Positions 10,114 to 20,128 of a DNA stretch of 64,000 bases are shown here, one piece after another (position 1 is the stretch's first letter; every line of letters starts with the position of its first letter). The stretch is from an uncultured archaeon (GTDB taxonomy: Archaea > Thermoproteota > Bathyarchaeia > Bathyarchaeales > Bathycorpusculaceae). Below the pieces are notes generated by a model. The model ran no database searches, was not told where the DNA came from, and saw only the letters and a list, made by a program, of their open reading frames with translations. A program made the position numbers and the translations under genes. The stretch spans positions 32,001 through 96,000 of the forward strand of contig CAWALK010000018.1 of NCBI GenBank assembly GCA_963782915.1, written 5' to 3'.

Positions 10114-10138
10114 ATGGGTTTGGAACCCACCGGGCCCG
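10114..10138 (+). repeat. Putative attR: degenerate tRNA 3' end (likely tRNA-Arg)
   Basis: ATGGG-TTTGGAA-CCCAC-CGGGCCC-G = T-arm plus the CGGGCCCG acceptor end typical of archaeal tRNA-Arg, about 30 bp after the integrase stop. Confidence 0.65.
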
Positions 10139-10233
10139 CTTATCCAAATTCCATACTCAAACATCTTTATTTATCTGAAAAACAGGACAGATATAGTTAA
10201 GACCTGTTAGGGTTTTAGGTTTAAGGTGGTTTT

Positions 10234-10608
10234 TTGGATGAAAGTCTGCAATTAGCGCTAATACGCACGTTACTTGCAACTGAGAGAAACTATTTAGCAC
10301 TGGAGAGAACGCAACTATCTCAGTTACGCACTAGCCAATCTCTTGCTGTAATTGCACCTTCAGCCGCAGCAACATTAGCCTACATATTTTCCCGCATTCC
10401 CGAGCCATTTAATTTCGAGTTAATAGCTTATGTCTTGCTAATAATTTTGACTAGTTATGGTTTGTATACGAGTTTATCAGGTTACAAAAAATTGAAAAAA
10501 ACGCGAGATATTCGTCGGTTAATTAGGAAACGTGAATTGGAGTTAGTTGAACAGGGAGAATTTGCCAAGTCATACCTCAGAGATATCCTTCTGCTTGACA
10601 AGCCATAA
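10234..10608 (+). CDS. DUF202-like membrane protein
   Basis: RTLLATERNYLALERTQLSQLRT motif plus two TM helices. Confidence 0.75.
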   Translation: MDESLQLALIRTLLATERNYLALERTQLSQLRTSQSLAVIAPSAAATLAYIFSRIPEPFNFELIAYVLLIILTSYGLYTSLSGYKKLKKTRDIRRLIRKRELELVEQGEFAKSYLRDILLLDKP

Positions 10609-10643
10609 ACACAAGGGCACTTGAACAGATACCTATCGCCAAG

Positions 10644-11084
10644 TTAAGTGTGCTCCAACACCTTATGCGGTTTATCTGCTTCCGATTTTTCCCGCTCTTC
10701 AGTCTTCATTTCCATATTTAAGAAGTAACTCAGAAATGTTCGAATCAAAGCTATAGCTGCCAGTTGACCGATTTGTTCCCAGCTGGGAGCAATTGCGGTT
10801 CCGATGATATCTGCTGCTAATTGAAGCTCCAGGGCGATTACGAGAAAGCGCCCAAGGGATATGCGTAGTTTGAGGTATTCCTTTTTTTGTTTAAAAATTA
10901 TGGTTCGCAGGAAAAAGTAGAAGGCAACCACCAAGCCAGTTCCGATTATGACTACGCTTGATATTTCTGTGATTAGTTTTAATGTTGAAGCTACGTTTGA
11001 AAAAACATCTTGTAGACTCAAAAATAATTCCTGCTTTATTTGAATTTTCGAGTTTGGGTTTGGGTTTTCAACCGCCGCATTCAT
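10644..11084 (-). CDS. DUF1622 membrane protein
   Basis: LGRFLVIALELQLAADIIGT..PSWEQIGQLAAIALIRTFLSYFL. Confidence 0.85.
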   Translation of the reverse strand: MNAAVENPNPNSKIQIKQELFLSLQDVFSNVASTLKLITEISSVVIIGTGLVVAFYFFLRTIIFKQKKEYLKLRISLGRFLVIALELQLAADIIGTAIAPSWEQIGQLAAIALIRTFLSYFLNMEMKTEEREKSEADKPHKVLEHT

Positions 11085-11340
11085 TTTTGGGTAAGCAAAA
11101 ATCGGTTCAATTAAGTGATTAATTGGAGCTCAATTAAAGCTATGTGGCTGCGATTTGATAACAACATAACATTCAGGCAATTGCTTCTGGCAAACAGGGT
11201 ATTTGAAAACTGAAGTCCACAGTTTAGCCTTCTTTTACCGACCGCATAATGTTATCATAACAAACCTTAATTCTCGCTCGCTTATGCAATTATTAAAACA
11301 GCAAAAATAAAAAAATTAATGGAAGAGGGAGAAAAAAAAT

Positions 11341-12297
11341 ATGTCAGAAATATTGCAAGTCTTAGCAATAATCGTACCAATAGTAATAGTCGCATATGCA
11401 TTGCTTTCGTCATTGCGTATCGTTAGGCCAACGGAGAGAGGCTTAGTTGAACGATTCGGAAAATACCACCGATTTGTTGCGGGAGGCATAACGTTGCTTG
11501 TCCCATTCGTTGACCGAATCATCAAAGTCAACATCACCGAACGCATGACTCCCGTACAGCGCCAAGACGTAATCACCAGAGACAAAGTCTTCATGGCAGT
11601 AGATGCAGTGGTCTTCTACAAAGTCAGAACTGACGAATTAGCAGTGAAGGCATCACAGTACTACGTGAACAACTACGAATCACAAATCGACACACTCGCA
11701 CGCACTGTGCTCCGTGACATCATCGGCGGCATGGACATGACCGTAGCAAACACATCAAGACCCATAATCAACGCTAAACTCAAAGAAGCACTAGACGAGC
11801 AAACACGCGATTGGGGAATAGAAATCGTCCGAGCAGAAATCAAAGACCTCGAACCCCCAAGAGGCCTAATGAGCAGCATGGAATCAGTGCTAAAAGCAGA
11901 CAACGAACGCCAAGCAGCAGAAAAAACCGCCATCGCCCAAGCCACCTTAGCAAGCGGCGCAAAAAACGCAGCTATTCAAGTAGCTGAAGGACAAAAACAA
12001 GCAGCCATCCTCCAAGCTGAAGGCCAAAAAACCGCAACCATCGAAATAGCCGAAGGAGACGCACTAGCAACAAGACTACGCAACGAAGCTTTAACAACTT
12101 ACTTCAAGGATTCAGCTATAACATTCAAGCAACTCGACACAATAACAGCGTCACTGCAGAATAACACAAAAATCATCGTTCCCGAAGGTAAAGCGCTGTC
12201 GCTAATACTAAACGAGCAGGAAAATCTCACCAAAGCCTCATCTATAATCCCGCTGCCAACAACACAGACAAAGCCAGTCACAAAGTCAACTACGTAA
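11341..12297 (+). CDS. SPFH/band-7 (stomatin/paraslipin-like) protein
   Basis: N-term TM, ERGLVERFGKY, QDVITRD, AEG-rich coiled coil. Confidence 0.92.
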   Translation: MSEILQVLAIIVPIVIVAYALLSSLRIVRPTERGLVERFGKYHRFVAGGITLLVPFVDRIIKVNITERMTPVQRQDVITRDKVFMAVDAVVFYKVRTDELAVKASQYYVNNYESQIDTLARTVLRDIIGGMDMTVANTSRPIINAKLKEALDEQTRDWGIEIVRAEIKDLEPPRGLMSSMESVLKADNERQAAEKTAIAQATLASGAKNAAIQVAEGQKQAAILQAEGQKTATIEIAEGDALATRLRNEALTTYFKDSAITFKQLDTITASLQNNTKIIVPEGKALSLILNEQENLTKASSIIPLPTTQTKPVTKSTT

Positions 12298-12310
12298 ATC
12301 TAAGCTGCGT

Positions 12311-12730
12311 TCACGCCTTTTTTGCGGTGTGAACGTAGTCTTCTATCATTTTTTCATGCTCAAACGCCAAAGGCTTTGGTAACGAGTTTAAACCAAAGAG
12401 CTTTATTTCTTGTATTTCGCTGTCCTGTTTTTTGAGTTCGCCGCCGACGGGTTTTACTACAAAGCAGGTGGGGTAATATTCGTAGTCTACGTCGTCTTTG
12501 ATACCCTTCTCTACATATTCACCGACTACATAGAGAATCTTGACTTCAAGCCCAGTTTCCTCTTTTACTTCACGGACGACTGTTTGATCTAAGGTTTCAC
12601 CAGGATCCATCCTGCCACCTGGCAACGCCCAATAACCCACAAAGGGTCGGGTGTTGCGTTTGATAAGCAATATTTTGTCGTCGGGGTAGGGGATTATAGC
12701 GGTTGACGTTTTGCCAGTGTATCGTTTCAT
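12311..12730 (-). CDS. NUDIX hydrolase
   Basis: Nudix box GGRMDPGETLDQTVVREVKEETG. Confidence 0.92.
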   Translation of the reverse strand: MKRYTGKTSTAIIPYPDDKILLIKRNTRPFVGYWALPGGRMDPGETLDQTVVREVKEETGLEVKILYVVGEYVEKGIKDDVDYEYYPTCFVVKPVGGELKKQDSEIQEIKLFGLNSLPKPLAFEHEKMIEDYVHTAKKA

Positions 12731-12739
12731 GGTTTAGCC

Positions 12740-13547
12740 TCAGGTTGTAATTTTCAGTCGCCAATTAATTATGAGGGAAATTGCGAAGATGATGATGCCT
12801 GCGAAGACAACTATTGGTCCTGGAAACGGCACTGACTTGGATTCGCTGAAAAACAGGCTCCATGCAAGAACCCCCGAGAATCCAGCTACTGCACCAAAGA
12901 CTGCGCTTAGCATCGAGTAGCGTTTCATGTGTCCGCTTAAGCTTTTGGCGGCGATGGCGGGTACGATTACGAGGAATCCAACCAGTAAAGTCCCGACGAC
13001 TTGGATGCCGATGGCAACTACCACGGATACTAAGAAGAGGTAGAGCAAATTGGTTCTTGCGACATTAATGCCTTTTGAAACGGCTAAGTCCTCGGATATC
13101 ATGGCTAAAACCAGCTTGTTATAGATGACTTTTGTGAGTACAATCGCCGCTACACAAACCACCGCGGCTATTCCAGTGCTATAATAGGGTCACTTGTGAA
13201 ATGTCCCCAAAAAGCGCTGCCTCAAGTTGATCCAAACGGTCCCCATAGAGAAGGATACCTATCGCCAATGCCAAAGTGAACATTGCACCAACTAGTGCTT
13301 CAAAAGAAATTTTGGTTGTACGCTGAATCTGCCAAATTATCACGGCTGTGACAAATAAGAAAGCAAATGCACCTATGTAGGGATTGAAGCTGAAAGTAAT
13401 TCCTAAAGCCAATCCAGGTAGGGCAACATGGGATAGCGCGTCGCCGACAAGCGCCATCTTCTCCAGCACCATTAATGAACCAAGGTATCCTGCGGCGACT
13501 CCCACAAAAATGGACAGGATTAAACTGTAGAAGGTGGTGTCAAGCAT
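12740..13547 (-). CDS. Zn/Mn ABC transporter permease (frameshift near 13175)
   Basis: ALVGDALSHVALPG, LFGDI, VVGTLLV motifs split over two ORFs. Confidence 0.88.
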
Positions 13548-13551
13548 AAAG

Positions 13552-14247
13552 TCAGGCTTCTCCTCTTATGGTTTCGACACAGACTGGTTCACCGTAAATC
13601 TGGCGCTGGACATTTGGTTTAGCTAACTCTGCTGAGGGACCGCAGAAGGTGACGCATTTGTTTATTGCCAACAAGTCATCGGCGTATTCTTGCACGATGT
13701 GGATGTTGTGGGTTATTAGGAGAATTGTGATTTTGTGTATTGTTTTGATTTCGTTTAGCAATAGGTAGATGGGTTCTTCGCTGTCCATGTCAACGCCCGT
13801 TGTGGGTTCGTCTAAGAGCAGCACGTTGGGGTTGTCGTTTAGTGCCCAAGCAATCAAAACCCGCCGCAGCTGCCCGCCTGAGAGGACGCCGAGACGCTTG
13901 TTGAGAATGCTCTTATCAGTTAACCTGACCCTGTCCAATGCGCTTTCTACGTCTATGCCATCGCCCATCGAAAGGAACTCACGCACAGTCATGGGAACAT
14001 CCGAAACAGTCACGTACTGGGGAACATAACCGATCTTCACTTTCTCCGTCCACTCAACAGAACCAGTATGGGGCACAAGCTTGAGTAGAGTGCGGAGAAG
14101 CACGGTTTTTCCTGCGCCGTTAGGTCCCAGTATGGCTAATGTGGTGCCTTTGCGCACGTTGAAACTAACGTGCTCAAGTAGGGTTTGGTTTTGCATTTTT
14201 ACCCCAAGATTCGAAACCTTCAATATGTAACCATTACCTTCAGCCAT
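13552..14247 (-). CDS. Zn/Mn ABC transporter ATPase
   Basis: GPNGAGKT, IGYVPQ, LSGGQ, LLLDEPT. Confidence 0.92.
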   Translation of the reverse strand: MAEGNGYILKVSNLGVKMQNQTLLEHVSFNVRKGTTLAILGPNGAGKTVLLRTLLKLVPHTGSVEWTEKVKIGYVPQYVTVSDVPMTVREFLSMGDGIDVESALDRVRLTDKSILNKRLGVLSGGQLRRVLIAWALNDNPNVLLLDEPTTGVDMDSEEPIYLLLNEIKTIHKITILLITHNIHIVQEYADDLLAINKCVTFCGPSAELAKPNVQRQIYGEPVCVETIRGEA

Positions 14248-14340
14248 GACCTACCACATTTTGTGTCTGCCATAAACGGCGCATCTAACGCATCTAGTAA
14301 AGGCATGTGGAGTAGAAAATAAGTTTTTTGAAGCAATTAA

Positions 14341-15982
14341 CTACTTAGCAGGCAATCGTCTGCTTAATTCTGATGCTTCGCGTTCTGTGAGCCAATCTGA
14401 CTGCCGTAGGGTCACCAAGCCTCGCTGTGCGTTGAGGCAATACGCGCTGTTTTTTAGCAGGTTGCTTTTTTCTCCGAGGCTCCAGAGTTGCCCTTCGAAG
14501 GCGCTGTTCTGGCGTGTGAGATCTTCGGTTTTGGCTATGAGGGTTGCGAAGGTTTTGAATCTGGGTGTTAGGAGATTTTTGGTTTTGGATACGCCCAATG
14601 CGCCTTTGAGTTTGGCTGAAAAATCAAAAGTGCTGATGAGGGAGGGTGGAACACATATGATATCGTCTATTCATGCCTGCTTCATAGCAGACCACATAGA
14701 AGGGCACATAGACCAAAGCAGGGCTTTTTAGTTGCTGCTCACTTACCCCTAAGCCATCAAAAACTGCGCTAACCGCTTCCCGCAGCCGCAAGCTTCTATC
14801 GATTCCTTCGACAATGGGTTTCTCGCATGCAACCAATCTGTTGCTTTCCAGCTTATACGCAAGCGTTTTTTCTTCCCGTGCGGCTTCAAGTTCAACTATG
14901 GGCTGACGGGCTAATTTCAATTCAGCATCCAACTCGAAAGTAAGCTTCGATAAATCAGCCGCTTTTTGTTTGCTGACTCGGTTAATGTTGTTTTCTGTAT
15001 TTTTTAGTTCCTTCTTTAGCCCCGCGAGCTCTTTTTCTGCAAGCTTAATCTTATCTTTCCAACGCTTCGCATAGACTTCATGCCCCCGTTTACCCGCCGC
15101 CTTCGCGCTACGCTCATACTCTTTGATGTCAGATTCGGTTGCTGCGATAAATTTTTCTGTTTTAGCTTTGAGTTTTTGGAGGCTTTCAAGCTCTTCGTCA
15201 AAACTCACGGTTAAATCCTTGATTTTTCGGCTGTATTCCCTGTTAAGTTTGGCGATTTGGGGGTTGATGAATTCTTGTTGGGCTTTGATTTTTGCGTCTG
15301 CCTCTTCTTTGGCGGCGACGGCTTCATAATCAATCTCTGTGACATATTGGTTGGTTGTTTTTTTCATTAATCTGAGGCATTCGGAGAGTTTGGCTGCATC
15401 TTCAGCTTGGTAAGCTACGAGTTTATCGAGTTCAGAGAGGTTTGCAGAGATAGCTTGTGCCTCAAGAATAGGCAACAGCAGAGCTGAAGGGGTAGTTAAT
15501 TCTGTGGCTTCTTTGCGGTAAAGACTGAATTCAGCCCTAAAATCGATGTTCACAATTAAACCGCGGAAAGTGAACTGTTTGGTTTTAGAAGGCTGCAAAA
15601 AATAGCCGCTATGGTCACAAAGGAACGCAAGGTAGGATTCCCTGGGGTTCTGATAGGTTTGCAGGCTATTCATGAAAGCGGATGCGGAGGGTGCCTCGTC
15701 ATAAGAGAGGCTGTGGCTGTAACCGTCTAAGCCATCAAAAATCAACGCAGCATTATTTTTGGGAAAAAGCCAAAGGGGGTACCCGATTTTGGCGATGAAT
15801 CTGAGTGTCTCTTGGGGTTGCCGATTGATTAAGCCGCCGCCTCTGCTTCGGTTCTGCTCTGCAACCGCAAAAACCGCTGCTGCCTCAACCTCGGATTCCC
15901 TGCTTTTTTGGCTAGAGAACGGTAGAAGGAGGCGTTTGGTTGCAGTGGTTAACATTGAACTCAGTGAAGGTATAAAGGGCAT
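14341..15982 (-). CDS. Conserved archaeal coiled-coil protein (frameshift near 14650)
   Basis: GYPLW and VYVPFY motifs flank a long Lys/Glu coiled coil; continues in ORF 14341..14598. Confidence 0.7.
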
Positions 15983-16118
15983 GCTTTTTTAAAATTATCC
16001 CAAATCAGCGCACTAAAGCCCCCAACAAGACTGATGCAGATGTGCACCCCAAACAAACGATTCTCAATAACCATTGCAAATATACAGTGCCAACTCAATG
16101 AGTGCAGGCTGGTTTAAC

Positions 16119-16179
16119 GGATTAACCTGCATATGTTTATCCTATAAATAGGGGAGGGGGTCTCTTGGAGAGCAACAAA
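16119..16179 (+). repeat. Dispersed G-rich intergenic repeat, copy A
   Basis: GGATTAACCTGCATATGTTTATCCTATAAATAGGGGAGGGGGTCTCTTGGAGAGCAACAAA. Confidence 0.7.
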
Positions 16180-16191
16180 TTGAGGCTCGAC

Positions 16192-16656
16192 TTACTTCTT
16201 TAGTTCTTTTTTCATTGCTTCTGCGAGTAGCTTCCACATGTCAGAATCGCCCCTGCAAAGCTCTTCCGATAGCTCTTTGAGGTCTTTTTGCGTAAAGTTC
16301 TCATTATACTCGATGTGGAGGGCATTAAAATCCAGACGAGAAGCGCCTTTGCCTTCAGCGGTGATTTGGTAGATGAACTGCGAGTACTTGATTGGACCAG
16401 ACACATGCGTTGAAACCCACATTAACCGATCTGGGTAGAGATGCACAAGCTTTTCTTTTTCAATGGTGCCGTTGTTCGTTGGAAAGATTTCTTTAAGCAT
16501 TACTGTACCCTCGGTTAGTCTTGTAACTGTGCGTTTTGCGTCTTTGTGACCCGTGAGGGTGTGGTCGTCTGGCTGATAATCGGTGCACCACTCATAAGCC
16601 TCCTGGGCGGAAACACGGAACTATTGACTGAAACTATAACGAACTGTATATGGCAT
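16192..16656 (-). CDS. Hypothetical protein (possibly SRPBCC/START-like) with an in-frame TAG at codon 12
   Basis: MPYTVRYSFSQ*FRVSAQEAYEWCTDY is in frame with ORF 16192..16500. Confidence 0.65.
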
Positions 16657-16693
16657 AGGGCTTTCTTTCCTTAGCCTCAAGGAACAGAACCTT

Positions 16694-18063
16694 CTATATT
16701 ACAATTCCGCAACTGGACGGTTTGGCAGAGAAGAAATCGCTTATCCGCCTCTGAAACAGCGCCTTCTGCAACAGTTGACTCTGGCTAATCCAACGCGGCA
16801 ACGCAATCTCAAATTTGCCGCTGATAAACTGCAGCGACTGCGCTAAGGTGTTGAATTTGTAGGGTTTCTGGCGCATGGCATTGCGCACGTTTTCTCTGTA
16901 CTTGCCATACACCGATGGGCATGATGTAGCCTGGGCGGGCTTCGCGCAGCACTATTGCGGTTGCTTGACGCCGCTCCTTTAGGAGCAACTCGCAGACGGC
17001 TAAGCGTGCGCTGTAGTAGCAGCCGCCGATAGCCGCATAGGTTGTGCGCCCGTTGTTGCCTTCCCAATCGCTAGTAGATGGCGACGCTTGAACCGTTAGG
17101 ATTCCAAACCGTGCCCGGATACCACGCCTCCATGGATTCGTAGCTCCATTGCCCAGGAATCAGCAGGATTTCGAAGACGTTGTCGAGGTAGACGGATTCG
17201 TAGACTCGGTACTCGTTGATTTCGGGAAAGGTTTTGACTTGGGAGACGAGGCTCTTGGAGATAGTGTCATCGACAGCTGTGATGCTCCATCTTGTCGGAA
17301 CCAGGCGACGACGTTTTTCAACTCCAAACGCGCCGACGCTAAAAGCCTTCTGAATCTTAGTAACCGTAACACCCGATTTATAGAGGTCCACTACTGCATT
17401 TGTCGCTCGCAGGTCGGTGTCGTAGTAGGCTTTTTCGATTTTTTGGTCATAGCGTGCATTGCCTACATGGAGGTCGCGGATGGGCGCTGAGGGACCAAAC
17501 GGCTGCACATCGTCGCTAAGAGTTATGGAGCCGCGGGGTTTTTTGGTTAAGTTAAGCTCGGTATCTACGCTGCTGTCGGCAAGTGCTAATTCGCGGGTTT
17601 GGTCGAGGATTTTGCCTGCTTCATTGATTTTTGTTACGTTAACCATGTGTTTGCCGCGTATGAGCAGGCTGCGAAAACCGACGATTTCATCCATGGATTT
17701 GCCGAACCATTGCTCGGGCAAGTCAAAGATGCTTGTATCCTCATGGACAGGCGGAACTAAGGGTCCGATGTAGACGTTGGGGTAGCCGATTCTGCCTATG
17801 AAAACACTGGGTGGAGAGACGCCGTTGATGTTTTCGCTGTCCATTAGGGGGACGCTTTTGAGGAAATAGTTGACTTTAACCATGATTGGGCAGCGGGTTT
17901 TGCCGCATAGCATGCGGGAGCCTTTGCAGAGTACGCAGAGGCTGTTGCTGTTGCGTGTGACGACTTGCTGCTCGATTGCGTTGCTGTTGACTTTTTTGAT
18001 GATGTCCATTAACCAGTTATCAGGGTTTGTCGTGTTGACAGCGGGTTTTTGGGTTAAAGCCAT
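16694..18063 (-). CDS. nre: Nre family DNA repair protein (frameshifted)
   Basis: CVLCKGSRMLCGKTRCP, SPPSVFIGRIGYP, LVPTRWSITAVD, C-terminal PIP box QRRISDFF. Confidence 0.9.
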
Positions 18064-18239
18064 ATTCCAAAGTAGTTGGGTGCGCTGGGTGTATATCTTT
18101 TCTGCACATGTTTAGCTAAAAACGCTTGTGCTCGGGGTTGTCTGCGGGTGATATTTCGGTTTTCGATGCATATCAAACCGCGAAGTCTATCTTATATTAA
18201 CTGTCACGACACAAAGGGGAGAAGTTCAGGAGAAAGAAC

Positions 18240-19262
18240 ATGAAGAAGGCTTCAATCTACCCCCTATCGCTGCTGCTTGCAGTAACAATAGCAATTTCAG
18301 CGTTCGCAACGGTTGGTGCAACATCAACCGTTTCAGTCTACATAATGGACCCCAATAACCCAGCTAACGGAGGCAAAGGGCTCCAATCCAGCGGTTACTG
18401 GGTCGGGCAAATCCCCATCCAAATAACAGGGGGCTCCACAGTTTTCCAAACACTCAGTTACTGCATGAACTTTGACTTATCGATTAACATCGGCGGAACC
18501 TACTCTGCCAATTTAGCAGCCGCCACTGACAGTGCCGAATGGCGGGCAGTCAGCTACTTGCTAACATGGAACAATCCAACCACAAACAATGAAGCGGCAG
18601 CATCCCAAGTTGCAGTCTGGAGATTACTCAATCAAACCAGAGGAACCAACTATTTCCGCGAAAGCTGGCTTAGCACAGACATCGATAATGCAGGCAGCGC
18701 CTTAGCCACAGCTGCATTGGGCAAAGACGTCGTGCGGCAGGGCGACATATTCAGTTGGGTCTCACCCATCACAGCCAACATGTCAACCACACAGGCTATT
18801 CCAGGACAAACCGTAACCTTCATTTCACAACTAACAGACTCCGTGGGTGCGCCAAGAGCAAACGTCAAAGTACTATTCAATGCCACACTCAACACTGGCA
18901 GCCAATCAACACTGCTAAATTCAACTTATGTGTCAGCCGCCTCAACATACACTGATAATCAGGGACACGCTCAAGTCAGCGTAAGAGTACCATCAGACAC
19001 AGCGCTTGGCGCAACAATCGCAGTTGAAGGCGCAACACAGAGCATCTGGCCACAAAGATACATAGACGTAACCAACCCCTCAACACAGGACCTAATCGGA
19101 GTCGGCGACACCTTCCAGTTGACACTATCAACCAACGTTTGCCTATTGGGATTCATCACGGTGCTTCCTGAATCACCCATCGGACCCATTGCTGCCATCG
19201 GAGCATTCGGCGCCGGCTTTGTCGTCTGGACAAAAATGAAAAAGAAAGCCGTTAAAGAATAA
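18240..19262 (+). CDS. Secreted surface protein: putative Cys-Gln thioester domain with Ig-like insert and PEF-CTERM-like anchor
   Basis: Signal peptide; YCMNF; SQVAVW (TQxA-like); Big_1-like LTDSVGAP..TDNQGHA; TQDLI; LPE-hydrophobic-KMKKK tail. Confidence 0.7.
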   Translation: MKKASIYPLSLLLAVTIAISAFATVGATSTVSVYIMDPNNPANGGKGLQSSGYWVGQIPIQITGGSTVFQTLSYCMNFDLSINIGGTYSANLAAATDSAEWRAVSYLLTWNNPTTNNEAAASQVAVWRLLNQTRGTNYFRESWLSTDIDNAGSALATAALGKDVVRQGDIFSWVSPITANMSTTQAIPGQTVTFISQLTDSVGAPRANVKVLFNATLNTGSQSTLLNSTYVSAASTYTDNQGHAQVSVRVPSDTALGATIAVEGATQSIWPQRYIDVTNPSTQDLIGVGDTFQLTLSTNVCLLGFITVLPESPIGPIAAIGAFGAGFVVWTKMKKKAVKE

Positions 19263-19272
19263 GCGGCGGATT

Positions 19273-19851
19273 CTATTTTTCGTAGAACCGCTTAGTAATT
19301 TTCTTAATCAACGAATTGAGTTTCTTGGGCAACTTGGGTTTTATTTCATCTACCTTACGCAAAACAGTCGGCAAGGGTATGCGGGTTACGTTAGCATCGA
19401 TGACTTTTAATTCGCCGTTTATCCATCGCAGATTATCGGCTTTAACATCGAATATGCCGTATTTGTAGATGGCTTGGCGAACGCAAGTCAGTTGTTCTTT
19501 GGTTACGGTTGCTTTGACGCCGTATTCTTGTAGGAGGCAGTATTTTGTGTGCCAAAAGATTCTGGCAAAAAATCTGTGCCGCACATGCTCAGGCACCCGC
19601 TTGTAAGCTCTATGGTCGAGTTCGATGCTTTTTTTTGGCCCCACTTTGAGCACAACCTTATGGTCTATTGTGCGGTTGCCGAAAACGACTTTATGCCAGC
19701 CGCTGCTTTCAAAATAAAAATCGGGGTAATTCTTTGAAATAAGCTTTTCTAACTCCTCGGAGGATAGAAAAACGCACCACCGCGGGCATGTGTCGGCGTC
19801 TATTAAACGGTCAATATGCTTGGCTTCGTGATGGAGTTCTCTGTACTTCAA
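19273..19851 (-). CDS. Minimal protein-kinase-like fold protein
   Basis: SSGWHKVVF (Gly loop), VVLKV, LLQEY, DVKADN (catalytic loop), VIDAN. Confidence 0.6.
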   Translation of the reverse strand: MKYRELHHEAKHIDRLIDADTCPRWCVFLSSEELEKLISKNYPDFYFESSGWHKVVFGNRTIDHKVVLKVGPKKSIELDHRAYKRVPEHVRHRFFARIFWHTKYCLLQEYGVKATVTKEQLTCVRQAIYKYGIFDVKADNLRWINGELKVIDANVTRIPLPTVLRKVDEIKPKLPKKLNSLIKKITKRFYEK

Positions 19852-19933
19852 GGCTGATTGCTCAAAAACATCGTCTAATTAAACAAAGAACAAGCGAAAT
19901 AAATAAAGTAAGATTGATTTGAGTGAAGAGAAT

Positions 19934-20011
19934 TGGCGCCCAGGCCGGGATTCGGACCCGGGTCCTGCGGGCGACAGCCGCATATACTGGACCTAACTAT
20001 ACTACCTGGGC
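19934..20011 (-). tRNA. tRNA-Asp(GTC), CCA encoded
   Basis: Acceptor GCCCAGG/CCTGGGC-G-CCA, anticodon arm TGCGG-CTGTCGC-CCGCA, T arm CCGGG-TCCGAAT-CCCGG. Confidence 0.93.
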
Positions 20012-20128
20012 AAACTGATGCGCCGCAACAATACACGATAATTTGGTTAATTAAGCTTTCCCGAGAATTAAGCCCTCAATATTGCAGTAAACCAATGGTA
20101 ACTGCCACTTATCGACCGCTCTGGTGAC

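Larger units (their letters stand above)
1..10138. mobile_element. Integrated element (provirus or integrative plasmid), right part; left end lies outside the window
   Basis: Tyrosine integrase directly followed by a tRNA 3'-end-like att fragment; replication-type P-loop protein; many small orphan ORFs; AT-richer cargo at left. Confidence 0.8.

Noticed and set aside
10114-10138. Functional tRNA gene after the integrase
   Set aside because: Only a T-arm and 3' acceptor strand are present; treated as an att remnant
19933-20127. 64-aa ORF starting MAPRPGFGPGS
   Set aside because: Antisense translation of tRNA-Asp
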